Positions 10,879 through 21,237 of a stretch of 64,000 nt of DNA are shown here, in pieces. A program made the translations under genes and the position numbers. Positions within the stretch are counted from its first letter, which is position 1, and each line of letters starts with the position of its first letter. Where the stretch lies: positions 241,866 through 305,865 of IMG/VR virus record IMGVR_UViG_3300032030_000005; one strand, 5' to 3'. The stretch comes from a virus. Taxonomy: Duplodnaviria; Caudoviricetes. The notes below the pieces were generated by a model. The model saw nothing but the letters and a program-made list of their open reading frames with translations, did not search any database and was not told the origin of the DNA.

Positions 10879-12381
10879 ATGGAAATTTTAGACAAAAGTA
10901 ATGGTAGAATTTATTTATATCCAACTAAAATTGTTATAGATCCTTATACTGAAGAAGTAAAGCAAATTGAAAACCTATTTAAAGTTTGGGACAATGTATT
11001 ACATAAATACGTATTCGAAGCTTTTATTAAAGATGGTGATAAATTAATACTTCCTACAGGAGTTTCATTAGTTAAATTAAAAAGTATATTTAGTGATTAT
11101 AAAGTTGAAGATAAAAGAATGAGTTCCGAACGTTATATAAAAGCTAATAGATTAAATACAAATATAAAGATGAATTATGATTTTAAAAATGAAGAACAGA
11201 AAAAGGTCTTTAATTTTTTAAATAAACAGCAAGTAGTTCATAGTCGTAATATGCAGAAGTATATAGCTGTTAATACTGGTTTTGGTAAAACTTTTATAGC
11301 TGTAAAATATATAGCATCAAGTCATGATAGACCAATTATATTTGTAGATCAGGAATCATTAGCTGAACAGTGGAAGTCTAGAATTACTGAATATACTAAT
11401 ACTAAAGAAGATGAAATATATTATATTTCAGGAAGTAATTCTATAAATAAACTAATGAAAATGTCTAGTGATGATATTTTAAAGATTAAATTCTTTATTT
11501 GTTGTTATAGAACTTTAACAGCAAATATTAAGAATAATAATTCAACTGAAGATATAAGTAAATTATTTAATCAAATTAAAGTTACAGTAAAAATATTTGA
11601 TGAAGCACATATTGAATGGAAGTCTATCTTTAAAATAGATATGCTTTCTAATTTAAGAAGTATTTATCTTTCGGCAACTCCTAAAAGAACTGATCCATCA
11701 GAAGATAAAGTATATCAGAATATATTCCATAATGTAGATAAATATATTTCAGATATATCAAATACTGATACAGAAAATTATCATAATATTTTAATTTATG
11801 AGTGGAATTCTCATCCAGATGTTTTATCAGTTAATCGTTGTTCAAATAAATATGGATTTTCTACTGCAAAATATTGTGAATATTTATTTATTAGTAGATA
11901 TGAAAAATTTAAAGAATTATTATCTGATTTAATATTTAAAACCGTATTGGCAAAAAGAAAGAAAAAAAAGATTGCTATATTATTTGGTACTAATATGTTA
12001 TTATATCAATTCTATGATGATTTAAAAAATATATGTACTTTAAATAATTATAAATTAACAGTAAATATTTTCAATGGAGATACTAAAAAAGACGATAAAT
12101 TAAGAATACTGGAAGAATCTGATATTATATTAACAACAGATGTTTCTTTCCAAAAAGGTATAGATGTTAAGGACTTACAGGTTGTTATTAACACAGCTCC
12201 AACAAGTTCTGAACCAAAATTAATACAGACAGTAGGTCGTCTTAGAAAGCTTGAGAAAAAAGAAGTATTCTTTATTGATGTAATAGACCTTGGATTTTCA
12301 TCTATGGTAAAACAGCTAAATATTAAAAAGAATAAAGTATATAATAAAATAGCAAAGAATATTTTTATTAAAGTAAATTAA
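10879..12381 (+). CDS. SF2 DNA helicase (UvsW/Rad25-like)
   Basis: TGFGKT, DEAH, SATP, QTVGRLR; ATG 10879 follows GGAGG. Confidence 0.9.
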   Translation: MEILDKSNGRIYLYPTKIVIDPYTEEVKQIENLFKVWDNVLHKYVFEAFIKDGDKLILPTGVSLVKLKSIFSDYKVEDKRMSSERYIKANRLNTNIKMNYDFKNEEQKKVFNFLNKQQVVHSRNMQKYIAVNTGFGKTFIAVKYIASSHDRPIIFVDQESLAEQWKSRITEYTNTKEDEIYYISGSNSINKLMKMSSDDILKIKFFICCYRTLTANIKNNNSTEDISKLFNQIKVTVKIFDEAHIEWKSIFKIDMLSNLRSIYLSATPKRTDPSEDKVYQNIFHNVDKYISDISNTDTENYHNILIYEWNSHPDVLSVNRCSNKYGFSTAKYCEYLFISRYEKFKELLSDLIFKTVLAKRKKKKIAILFGTNMLLYQFYDDLKNICTLNNYKLTVNIFNGDTKKDDKLRILEESDIILTTDVSFQKGIDVKDLQVVINTAPTSSEPKLIQTVGRLRKLEKKEVFFIDVIDLGFSSMVKQLNIKKNKVYNKIAKNIFIKVN

Positions 12382-12384
12382 TTA

Positions 12385-12392
12385 TATATTAT
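12385..12392 (+). promoter_or_regulatory. early promoter TATATTAT (representative; see findings for all sites)
   Basis: Motif recurs in 16 intergenic positions, almost all ahead of non-structural genes; similar to the phiKZ early TATATTAC. Confidence 0.7.
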
Positions 12393-12450
12393 TATTGTAG
12401 TGAATATTGATATATTCACTACAATAATGATGATTAAAGGAGTAGAAACT

Positions 12451-13080
12451 ATGGCAAATAAGAAAGAAAAAGTAGAAAACTTTTTAAATGCCTCTAAGGA
12501 TATGGACAATTTTCTTGTTGTTTGTAAAGGGGAATTTGACAAAGAACTCAAAAATGTAATAGGTATTACAGGAGAGATGAAAGACAACTTAAGTATAGAA
12601 TATTCTCCAGATAAGAGATGTGTTTTTCTTCAATATACTTTTCATAGTGAATATATAAAGGAAGTTATTCATGCAACTACAATGACTAACGAAGATCCTA
12701 AAGCATATCTTTGTGTTGTAGACTTTCTTACAGAAACTTATTATATTCATAATGAATTAGATAAGATTAGAAAATTCTGTAAAGATATTACTAATGAGTT
12801 AACAAAGTATTTTGTAGATACAGAAAAGGATGTGCTTGCTATGCTTGAAGCTTCTAAGAAGTTTTTCTTTAGATTAACACATCCTAGCACACCACAGGTA
12901 ATAGAAGAATTAAACAATAAGATTTCTTTTACAAAGAATGTTTTAAAAGAGTTTGATCCTGAAGTTAGATTTATATCATCTGATTTGAGTGAAGAATCCA
13001 TAAAGACATTTGTTGAAGTAATTAAGTATGTTTATGGTTATATGGATCTTAAGCAGATTAATGATCCGGAAGAGGAATGA
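12451..13080 (+). CDS. hypothetical protein
   Basis: AAAGGAG RBS before ATG 12451; first gene of an early operon. Confidence 0.7.
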   Translation: MANKKEKVENFLNASKDMDNFLVVCKGEFDKELKNVIGITGEMKDNLSIEYSPDKRCVFLQYTFHSEYIKEVIHATTMTNEDPKAYLCVVDFLTETYYIHNELDKIRKFCKDITNELTKYFVDTEKDVLAMLEASKKFFFRLTHPSTPQVIEELNNKISFTKNVLKEFDPEVRFISSDLSEESIKTFVEVIKYVYGYMDLKQINDPEEE

Positions 13081-13694
13081 ATATGAGAAAGCTTTTTATA
13101 CGAGTATTTTATGACTCAAATAATATCAAGAATGCTTCTATATGGAAGATATCACTTGTTTCTGATAAGGCAGATATGCTTTATATAGAGACTCAACATG
13201 ATAATGTAAGTGATTCTATACCAGAAGGAGTATATCAGCAGTTATTAAAGGATAGCTATTTTAAAGGACTAACTGGTGTAGATAGTAGTATTGGTTCTTT
13301 AAAAATGGTAGATTCTGTAGATGGTAAAGAAACATCTGACATTAATATATTTATAAACGATGATAATAAGATCAGAGAAAAGATAAATCAGTTTATAAAT
13401 ACATATTATAATAATGAAGAAATATTATATATCTTCAAGGATTGTTATGAATATATACTGTTCATGAATTATATGAATATTTCTTTAGATAAAGTTAATT
13501 ATGAAGTTTTAAATCATTATTCCTTAGACAATAAATGTGAAAGGTATAATGAGATAATTAACTTATCAATTGAGAATTCTTTAAAAGAACTCGAAGGAAA
13601 TGATGAGATGAAGTCTTTATTTATGTATATGAGAATCGTTATTGAGACTCTTATACTTAAGGACTTTTTCACATATATATTTAATAATTTATAA
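13077..13694 (+). CDS. hypothetical protein, possibly a degenerate DEDD 3'-5' exonuclease fold
   Basis: N-terminus KLFIRVFY...SIWKISLVSD...LYIE echoes the 'FFDTEF...LISIGLVSE..FYAE' family but lacks the acidic catalytic residues. Confidence 0.35.
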   Translation: MNMRKLFIRVFYDSNNIKNASIWKISLVSDKADMLYIETQHDNVSDSIPEGVYQQLLKDSYFKGLTGVDSSIGSLKMVDSVDGKETSDINIFINDDNKIREKINQFINTYYNNEEILYIFKDCYEYILFMNYMNISLDKVNYEVLNHYSLDNKCERYNEIINLSIENSLKELEGNDEMKSLFMYMRIVIETLILKDFFTYIFNNL

Positions 13695-13712
13695 CTAGGA
13701 GGAAAAATTAAA

Positions 13713-14729
13713 ATGAGATCTATCGAGAAAATTTACAACAGACTGTTTAGTGTAGGAAAGCTTACATTAGAGACCGTAGTCACTAATGGAGCTAAGAATG
13801 CTTCGGATATGCGTCTGGATGCATTCAAGTATGACACATTTAAGTCTAATAAGTATTCAAACGTAGATACACTTGATCAGCTGAGAATTAACTCAAACGC
13901 TTATTTATCAGTATCCTATAAGGGATATAATGAAAATAATGAGTTTGAAAATGAGGAAGTATGGATTGCTGAAAAATATATTGGCAATTTTAAGGACTTC
14001 CTTGTATCAGCTTATGAGCAGATTATTGAGAAGCAGTCTGAAATTTATGGAAAGAATTCTGTAAATCCAGAATACGAAGACTTTATCATTACTACTGGAT
14101 ACGATGAAGAAGGTAATGGTTTCGGATTCATTGATGGTAATGGACATACTATTTATATGTATCCAGAAATGCTTGCAATTCAGGGTGACGATGATACTAA
14201 GACACTTTATCAGGGCGTAGTGTTTGTTATTGAAACAAAGGATGCAAAACAGTACGCTATTGAAATGGGTCTTAAGACCCTCTACAATATGAGTCTTATC
14301 GTTAACAACTATGATATGACTCTCGATGCAAGACTCACTTCTATAATGGGTCTATTATATCAGAGTGCTAGTGGTTCTTCTTCAGGATCTGTTAAGGCTT
14401 CTAACACAAATGTTAGACCTTCAGGACTGTCTAGACCTCTTAAGAGCAGAAATGGAGGAACTAGCCCAGTAGCACCAGCAGCTGCTAAGCCTACTTCTGT
14501 AAAGAAGCCTTCATTAGAAAATGCTCTCGACGATATGGAAGAAGACCTTGATGAAGAAGAAACAACAGCGCCAGCACCAAAAGCTGCTCCAGCAAAAGGC
14601 GGAAAGAAGATTATTTCTAAGAAGCCTGTTACAAAAACAACAAAGTCTGTAAGCATTAATGACATGCTTAACGAAGCAGACGATGTTGATGTAGATATTG
14701 ATTTAGATGAGGAAGGTGAAGACTTCTAA
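13713..14729 (+). CDS. candidate single-stranded DNA-binding protein
   Basis: Globular N-terminus, low-complexity linker, acidic tail ending DLDEEGEDF; highly-expressed codon style. Confidence 0.45.
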   Translation: MRSIEKIYNRLFSVGKLTLETVVTNGAKNASDMRLDAFKYDTFKSNKYSNVDTLDQLRINSNAYLSVSYKGYNENNEFENEEVWIAEKYIGNFKDFLVSAYEQIIEKQSEIYGKNSVNPEYEDFIITTGYDEEGNGFGFIDGNGHTIYMYPEMLAIQGDDDTKTLYQGVVFVIETKDAKQYAIEMGLKTLYNMSLIVNNYDMTLDARLTSIMGLLYQSASGSSSGSVKASNTNVRPSGLSRPLKSRNGGTSPVAPAAAKPTSVKKPSLENALDDMEEDLDEEETTAPAPKAAPAKGGKKIISKKPVTKTTKSVSINDMLNEADDVDVDIDLDEEGEDF

Positions 14730-15118
14730 TGAAAGGACTTCCTAAAATAACTCTTGATCCAGAATTAGAAGAGTTATTGGACGAGAGTTCTAAATTAGAA
14801 ACTTCTAAACCAAATAAAAAAATAAAATCTAAAAACACTAAAGTTGAAGACATTATTAATATACCAATAAAAGAAGAAGACGATGTCTTCGCTTTAGCAA
14901 CAAAGAATTTAATAAATAACTCTGGCTTGACAAATCAAGATCTATATGATCTAAAAGGTCAAAGAGATGCTTATAATATGATCTATTCCTTTAAAGTTAA
15001 AAATCAATTGGGAATAGATCGTATAAAAGAGTGGGCTAAGATTCTTCATAAGAAGCCTATATTAACATTTGTTGATATGACTGATGAAGAAATCAAAGAG
15101 CTCGAAGAAAACGAATAA
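14729..15118 (+). CDS. hypothetical protein, possible HTH
   Basis: SGLTNQDLY...LGIDRIKEWAKIL resembles an XRE-like HTH. Confidence 0.4.
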   Translation: MKGLPKITLDPELEELLDESSKLETSKPNKKIKSKNTKVEDIINIPIKEEDDVFALATKNLINNSGLTNQDLYDLKGQRDAYNMIYSFKVKNQLGIDRIKEWAKILHKKPILTFVDMTDEEIKELEENE

Positions 15119-15123
15119 AAAGT

Positions 15124-15156
15124 GCCGATAGGGAAATTTCCCTATCGGCTTTTTTT
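15124..15156. terminator. bidirectional terminator
   Basis: GCCGATAGGGAA/TTCCCTATCGGC plus T-run. Confidence 0.85.
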
Positions 15157-15459
15157 TTAGTCTAATTTATTTAAAGTTTCTAAAGCATAATTATAACCAT
15201 CTAAATGCATTTCACTAAAATGATTAGCCATTATATATGCTTCTAATTCTTCCTTATTAAATTCATAATCTACTAAGGTATGTTTTTCACCCTTACCGTC
15301 TTTATTATATGTGGTATACGTCTCTATAATCCTTACAGTCTTATCTTCTTCAGATAAATATCCTTCATAGAAAACTTCTTGACTACATGTAAATGGACAA
15401 TCCGGTTTCTTATAATTTCTATAATAATGCTTAACAAAAATTTTTTTCATAAAACCCAC
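15157..15459 (-). CDS. hypothetical protein
   Basis: 100 aa ORF; AACA-N6-TA at 15478-15489 (-). Confidence 0.6.
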   Translation of the reverse strand: MGFMKKIFVKHYYRNYKKPDCPFTCSQEVFYEGYLSEEDKTVRIIETYTTYNKDGKGEKHTLVDYEFNKEELEAYIMANHFSEMHLDGYNYALETLNKLD

Positions 15460-15487
15460 ATCCCATTCTTATATTTATAAATATGTG

Positions 15488-16084
15488 TTAAATTAATACA
15501 TATCTATGTTTATTACTATCTATGCGTTCACAACTAAGTAATGTAGTTTCCTTATGTTCTTTATAATGATCTTTGAAGGTATTCCACATATTGTTAATTT
15601 CCTTAGTGTTAGGAATATTCTTACCAGTAAAGTAATAGTTTGGTAAGTATTCTGTTTGTGATTCTAATTCTGCAAAGAGTGTTGGATCATCACTATGAAC
15701 GCAGTAATCTGTTAATGGGTCATGACCTAAAATAATTCTATCTACTACACCATCAACATCTCTTATAGTAAAGATAAGAACATACATTTCTTCATTTTCT
15801 TCTATCTCTTCTTCTACTTCTGGCACTTCTTCCTCTGGGGTCATAGAAACTTCTTCATTTTTCTGTATTGCATATTCTTTTGTAAACTTTCTTGGCTGAG
15901 TAGGCTCATCTTTTACACCGCTAAAGCTCTTTATATCTTTAGAGACAGCTTCTAAAGATGTATGAATCATTGTCATTGTATCACTCATGTGATAAATAGT
16001 ATTCTTAAGCTCTTCAACATATACCTTTATCTGAGCCATTGTCATTTCATCAAGATCTCTTTCAATATTCTTTAAAGTTAACAT
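15488..16084 (-). CDS. hypothetical protein
   Basis: GGAGG RBS; N-terminal coiled coil, acidic linker. Confidence 0.7.
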   Translation of the reverse strand: MLTLKNIERDLDEMTMAQIKVYVEELKNTIYHMSDTMTMIHTSLEAVSKDIKSFSGVKDEPTQPRKFTKEYAIQKNEEVSMTPEEEVPEVEEEIEENEEMYVLIFTIRDVDGVVDRIILGHDPLTDYCVHSDDPTLFAELESQTEYLPNYYFTGKNIPNTKEINNMWNTFKDHYKEHKETTLLSCERIDSNKHRYVLI

Positions 16085-16138
16085 AAACCATTCCTCCGTT
16101 TAATAAAAAAAAAAGGAGTCCAAAGACTCCAAGAAATA

Positions 16139-16723
16139 TTACTTCTTAATTATCTCCCTGTAGATAAATAGGTAAAATATATTATCTATAATGTTGCCTA
16201 TTAAGGCAAATATAAATAACATATTAAGATCAAACTGTTTAAACATTATGACACTAGCACCAGCCAATGTTGCAATGCTAGATACTATGTTGCTATTATT
16301 GTCATAACGTTCTCTACTTTTTTCGTCAGGATTTACCTTAGCTCTCATCCTGACGCCACCACACGCTAAATTGCGAGTAATTAAAGCATAAATCAATATA
16401 TTCATAATGAAGTATACTTTAAGGTTATGTGAGAACATTGCTATCCCGAATAGAATTATATCTAAAATCATTTCTGACCAAAGAATTATTCTATAAAATC
16501 GGAATAGTTTGTCTGAATGTTTATTCCAAATACGACAAAAGATTATTGTACTCAAACAAGCTAAGATACTTTCAAAAGAAATGTATCTTTCGCTAATTAC
16601 CCGACACATCTCTTGATAGATGTATGGATAACTTAATGAGTAAAATAACCCAGATATGAGATTAGCTACTAACATTAATGTTGATAAAAATCTCATTTTT
16701 TTGGCTGATAAATTTTTTGGCAT
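16139..16723 (-). CDS. multi-pass membrane protein (about 6 TM, half-MFS-like)
   Basis: Six hydrophobic segments; AGGAGG RBS. Confidence 0.6.
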   Translation of the reverse strand: MPKNLSAKKMRFLSTLMLVANLISGLFYSLSYPYIYQEMCRVISERYISFESILACLSTIIFCRIWNKHSDKLFRFYRIILWSEMILDIILFGIAMFSHNLKVYFIMNILIYALITRNLACGGVRMRAKVNPDEKSRERYDNNSNIVSSIATLAGASVIMFKQFDLNMLFIFALIGNIIDNIFYLFIYREIIKK

Positions 16724-16743
16724 GGCTAGTCCTCCTATTTTCT

Positions 16744-16899
16744 TTAATTGCCCTTTTCTTTACATTGCCTGTAATACTTACATTTTAGACATTCTTGATG
16801 CCTATAATAAATGCACTTAAATATTACTATTGGTAAAGCAAATGCACTCACTATAGTAATCAAAGCTAAAATGCAAAATATTATAAATAGTATATCCAC
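16744..16899 (-). CDS. 51 aa membrane peptide with Cys-rich tail (not in ORF track)
   Basis: AGGGGG RBS, GTG start; MDILFIIFCILALITIVSAFALPIVIFKCIYYRHQECLKCKYYRQCKEKGN; early promoter 16969-16976 (-). Confidence 0.65.
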   Translation of the reverse strand: MDILFIIFCILALITIVSAFALPIVIFKCIYYRHQECLKCKYYRQCKEKGN

Positions 16900-17005
16900 T
16901 GCAATTAACCCCCTATAAATATTATATTAAGGATGCAGCTTTTACACTACATCCTTAATACTATTATTATAATATATATCTACTAATAATGTTTAATTCA
17001 TATTA

Positions 17006-19186
17006 TTAATAGTATACCTTCTCATATGTGGTCTTGACATTCATTACAAGTTCCTTATTAAGAACTTTATCTGTGCCTGTATATGTTTTAACCTCATCCT
17101 TTTTAGTATCAGCAAGCTTACTTGTATCAAACCACTGACCGCAAAGAATCTTAGCAATTCTTATACCAGCAAGTCTAGCTCTTGTTTCTACTAAAAGCTG
17201 CTTAAGATTTGCAAGAACAAGCTCTGTGGTGAAGTCTTCCTTATGAGAAAGAGCTTCTACAAGATAAGCATCACCATTTGCTGGCTTTTCAACTACTGGT
17301 TCATTCTTCTCATTAAACTTAATAGCTGAAAGCTTTGAGAATCCCTTAAGGGATACTTCAAATACTCTCGCTTCATAATAATCAGAATCTGCTACACTTG
17401 GTACAGAAGTTGAGATACCATTATAGATACCATTCTTTATACCAAATTCTTCAAGAAGCTTTACCTGTTCTTCTGTGAAGTGCTTTTCTTCATAGGTCTT
17501 AACAGTTTCTTTAGTAAGTTCTTTAGCAAGCTTAAGCTGTGCTTTAAATTTGTTCTCCTTACGTACAAGATCAAAGACTTCTTCGATTGTAGCTTTACCC
17601 ATAGCAGCATTAACAATCGGAATCTTCTTAAGATCAAAGGTTACTGTAGAGCCATCTCCATTGCCTTCTATAGAATGAATGCAGAACTGATAATCCTTAA
17701 TAAGCTTATCTAAAGTTTCCTTATTAACCATTACAGTTAACTCATCCATGTTTAAGAAACCATCCTTAACAATTGTGTGATTTCTAAATATCTTACAAGG
17801 ATAATTTTCAGGTAAGTTAACTTTAGCAGCCTGCTTTGGATTTATCGCTACTGTACCCTTAACTTCAAAGCCTATTGATATATTAAGCTTCTTTTCATTA
17901 TAGGTAATATTTTCAATAGGAGAAGTCATAATGCCTTCATCCTTCTTAAACATATTGAAAGAATCTTCTGTCTTTCTTCCAATTCGTTTATAATTCTCTG
18001 TTACCACATATTTATTTTCTTTAGAAGAAGAAAGGAGTGTTAACAGATCGATGAGACAAGTTGCGTTCTCATCAGGAATATACATCATACCTGCTGAACC
18101 CTTATCTCTGCTTATATTTCTGAATGCAGCCTTTTTAAGCTTTCTCTTAAACTGTTCACGTTCATCTGGAGTGAACGCATTTATAAGCATATCTGAGAAG
18201 GTCTTATCTTTAAGACTATTTCCCAGAATCTGAAGAGCTGAATATCTGTCGCCAAAAGTATATTCAGCGAGAGCCAGTTTATACAGAATACTATCGAGTC
18301 TATTATCTGCAAGTTTGTTACCTTCTTCTGAAAATGCATTTTCATTAATTTCGCCTCTTATCAATGCTTCAGTATCATCATATACAACAATGAACTGATT
18401 TGTTCTTTTGTCAATATGTGTAAGCTTAATTTCCTCATTATAGATATTAACACTATTACTTGTTAAGTAATAGATCTTAGCACCCGGAATCTTAAGGAGT
18501 ACATTATCTTTTGTAACATCCTTGATTCTTTCCATATTTTCTTCAAAGATCTGATGATACTCATTAATATCATTAGAGTGAATGAAAATACCGAAGTCTG
18601 ACATAGAAGCCCATTCATTGAGCTTTGTTTCATTACAATAGTTACCATATCCTATTGTATTAAATGAAATAATCTTATCCTTAATACGTTCAAGGACTTT
18701 TTCTACTCTAGCATGTTCTGCTGAAGTAGGCCAAGGAGTTACTGCTTCTCCGTCAGTAAATAAAGTAACTGAGAAATTCTCACATAATGGTGCTAGTTCT
18801 TCAACGATCTTTTCAGTTTCTTCAACTGATTCACTAAAACAAGTACAGCCTATAGTACTTTTCAGTGAGTCCAATACTCTAAAGGAGCTTTCCTTATTTT
18901 CTGGAATATTCTTAATTCCTTTAAGGACAGTACGATACTGTCCTTCCCCTGAAAACCATATGATTGTATAGTAGTCATTTGCTCCCATCTGTTCTATGGT
19001 CTTCTTACAGTCCTCGATAAGTCCTTCTATGTGATAGTGCATAGAACCAGATCTATCAAGAAGCTGAATATGATGTACTTCCTTTGGGATCATAGAAACT
19101 TCTTCTTTGTCCTTCTTGTAGTCAAGTACAAATACGTTCTTATTGTCCTTTCCAATAAGTGTGTTTACCTTTGATACTTTTAACAT
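17006..19186 (-). CDS. von Willebrand factor A (vWA) domain protein
   Basis: MIDAS LLDRSGSM, T, LFTDGE; long unknown C-terminal region. Confidence 0.8.
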   Translation of the reverse strand: MLKVSKVNTLIGKDNKNVFVLDYKKDKEEVSMIPKEVHHIQLLDRSGSMHYHIEGLIEDCKKTIEQMGANDYYTIIWFSGEGQYRTVLKGIKNIPENKESSFRVLDSLKSTIGCTCFSESVEETEKIVEELAPLCENFSVTLFTDGEAVTPWPTSAEHARVEKVLERIKDKIISFNTIGYGNYCNETKLNEWASMSDFGIFIHSNDINEYHQIFEENMERIKDVTKDNVLLKIPGAKIYYLTSNSVNIYNEEIKLTHIDKRTNQFIVVYDDTEALIRGEINENAFSEEGNKLADNRLDSILYKLALAEYTFGDRYSALQILGNSLKDKTFSDMLINAFTPDEREQFKRKLKKAAFRNISRDKGSAGMMYIPDENATCLIDLLTLLSSSKENKYVVTENYKRIGRKTEDSFNMFKKDEGIMTSPIENITYNEKKLNISIGFEVKGTVAINPKQAAKVNLPENYPCKIFRNHTIVKDGFLNMDELTVMVNKETLDKLIKDYQFCIHSIEGNGDGSTVTFDLKKIPIVNAAMGKATIEEVFDLVRKENKFKAQLKLAKELTKETVKTYEEKHFTEEQVKLLEEFGIKNGIYNGISTSVPSVADSDYYEARVFEVSLKGFSKLSAIKFNEKNEPVVEKPANGDAYLVEALSHKEDFTTELVLANLKQLLVETRARLAGIRIAKILCGQWFDTSKLADTKKDEVKTYTGTDKVLNKELVMNVKTTYEKVYY

Positions 19187-19351
19187 TTGCTATTCCTCCT
19201 AATTAAATATTAAATTTTTTGCATAATATTTTATTATGCACATTAATATAATATATAAATATTTTTAAGTAAGAATTTTTTTTTAATTATATATTATAAT
19301 AGTGTAATTGAACTTACATCAATTATAATTTTATGAAAGGAAGAGTAAAAA

Positions 19352-19573
19352 ATGCTAAAACTAAATTATGTAGGAGATTTGGAGGAAATTAATGATGAGT
19401 TAATAAACTCTAAACTCTCATTCACAGATGATATGATTGATAAGATGATTACCATTGAATTGATAATTAATAATCATGATATCTATCATCTAAGAGGAAG
19501 AGTGTTAAAAAATTATGGATTTAATCTTGTTATTGTCGAATTTCGAGGATTTACTGAAGGAGGAGGAAATTAA
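19352..19573 (+). CDS. hypothetical protein
   Basis: GAAAGGAAG RBS; early promoter 19290-19297. Confidence 0.65.
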   Translation: MLKLNYVGDLEEINDELINSKLSFTDDMIDKMITIELIINNHDIYHLRGRVLKNYGFNLVIVEFRGFTEGGGN

Positions 19574-19968
19574 TGAGTTATCCTTATTTCAAGGTGATAT
19601 CATATGATATCTATGAACTAAATATAGTCGAAATATTATTTATTAAAAATAAAGAATATGAAGACAAAGTTAATGGTATAATAGAAACTTTAAAGAAGAC
19701 ATATAAGTTTATACCAAAGTTATTTTTCACAGACAATAAATATATAAATGATGAAGTTATTGTTTGTGATATCCTGTTTAATAATAATGTCGATATTGTA
19801 AATGTCGATTATAAAACAGGAGATGAATTTTTAAAGTCTGCAAATCAATATAGCAAATCTTTAAGTAAAATAACTTTCGATGATACAGAAGTAAAATTAT
19901 ATATACCACAATTAAAAGACTTAGAAGAGTCTATATTGATGAGGATATATAACTATATTACAAAATAA
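19573..19968 (+). CDS. hypothetical protein
   Basis: Coupled start; GGAGG RBS. Confidence 0.65.
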   Translation: MSYPYFKVISYDIYELNIVEILFIKNKEYEDKVNGIIETLKKTYKFIPKLFFTDNKYINDEVIVCDILFNNNVDIVNVDYKTGDEFLKSANQYSKSLSKITFDDTEVKLYIPQLKDLEESILMRIYNYITK

Positions 19969-19984
19969 TAAGGAGTAAAAAACA

Positions 19985-21142
19985 ATGAATAATGAAAAGA
20001 AAATGAATGTAATCAAAACAGCAAATGACTACGAAATTTATAACGATAATGAAATTAAAACATTTAATTTCTTACCGACAAAAATCTACACTGTAGAGTT
20101 TCATAAAATGCGAGGCTTCTACCTCAAGGAATATGATGGCCTTGATGTCAAAGAAAAAGTTTATGGAGTTCATGAAACTAAGATTAATAAGGTTATGAAC
20201 TCATTTAAGATGTTTGAAAGAAGCCTTGGTGTAATACTTTCGGGTGACAAAGGAATTGGTAAATCCCTCTTCTCAAAGATGCTCGCTAATGAGTGTCTTA
20301 AAAGAGATATTCCAGTTATTCTTGTAAACACGTACTTCCCGAACGTGGCTTCATTTATAGACTCGATTCATCAGGAAGTCATGGTTCTCTTCGATGAATT
20401 TGACAAGTCTTTCGGTGAAGTACAGGCAGATAATGGTCACGCATCACCTCAGACAGAACTCCTTACTCTGTTTGATGGTATAAGTACTGGAGACAAAAGA
20501 TTATATGTTATTACATGTAACAGCCTTCAGAAACTTAATGATTACCTTGTTAATAGACCAGGTCGTTTCCATTATCATTTTAGGTTTGCTTATCCAAACG
20601 AGGAGGAAATTAAAACATACTTGGAAGATAAACTTTCTGAAGAATATTATGGAGAGATTCCATCTGTTGTTATGTTCTCTAAGAAAGTAGATCTTAATTA
20701 TGACTGCCTTAGAGCAATAGCTTTTGAGCTTAATAACGGCTCAACATTTAAGGAAGCCATCGAAGATCTTAACATCATTAACTTTAATACTGCTCTTCCA
20801 AGCTACAATATTAAATTCGTGTTTGAGAATGGCATGATTATTAAAAAGAAGAATTTTAGATTTGATATAGACGATGAAGATAATGAGTATTTATGGCTCT
20901 CTCCAGATGGATATAGCCTATCAGATGACTTTATCAGAGTATCATTTATCCCAGCCGATAATGAGTGGGATGATAAGCTTCTCACTCATGTAATCAAGGA
21001 TTCTGATATAAAGACTGAGTGGTTCGAAAATTATATCGATGAAAATGAAAAAGAAAAAGCAAAGTCTATTATTAACACAAAATGTGTTACTATAATCTTT
21101 GACAGAATATACAAGAGTACATCGCTCAATTATAGAGTATAA
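19985..21142 (+). CDS. AAA+ ATPase
   Basis: Walker A GDKGIGKS, Walker B VLFDEFDK, arginine finger NRPGRF. Confidence 0.9.
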   Translation: MNNEKKMNVIKTANDYEIYNDNEIKTFNFLPTKIYTVEFHKMRGFYLKEYDGLDVKEKVYGVHETKINKVMNSFKMFERSLGVILSGDKGIGKSLFSKMLANECLKRDIPVILVNTYFPNVASFIDSIHQEVMVLFDEFDKSFGEVQADNGHASPQTELLTLFDGISTGDKRLYVITCNSLQKLNDYLVNRPGRFHYHFRFAYPNEEEIKTYLEDKLSEEYYGEIPSVVMFSKKVDLNYDCLRAIAFELNNGSTFKEAIEDLNIINFNTALPSYNIKFVFENGMIIKKKNFRFDIDDEDNEYLWLSPDGYSLSDDFIRVSFIPADNEWDDKLLTHVIKDSDIKTEWFENYIDENEKEKAKSIINTKCVTIIFDRIYKSTSLNYRV

Positions 21143-21190
21143 AATAATAACATATAATTAATAATAAGAATATTAATTATACGTATAATT

Positions 21191-21232
21191 AAAAAATACC
21201 CATAAGACCGTAAAGTCTTATGGGTATTTTTT
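21191..21232. terminator. bidirectional terminator, CCCATAAGAC palindrome family
   Basis: AAAAAATACCCATAAGAC/GTCTTATGGGTATTTTTT. Confidence 0.85.
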
Positions 21233-21237
21233 TTTTT

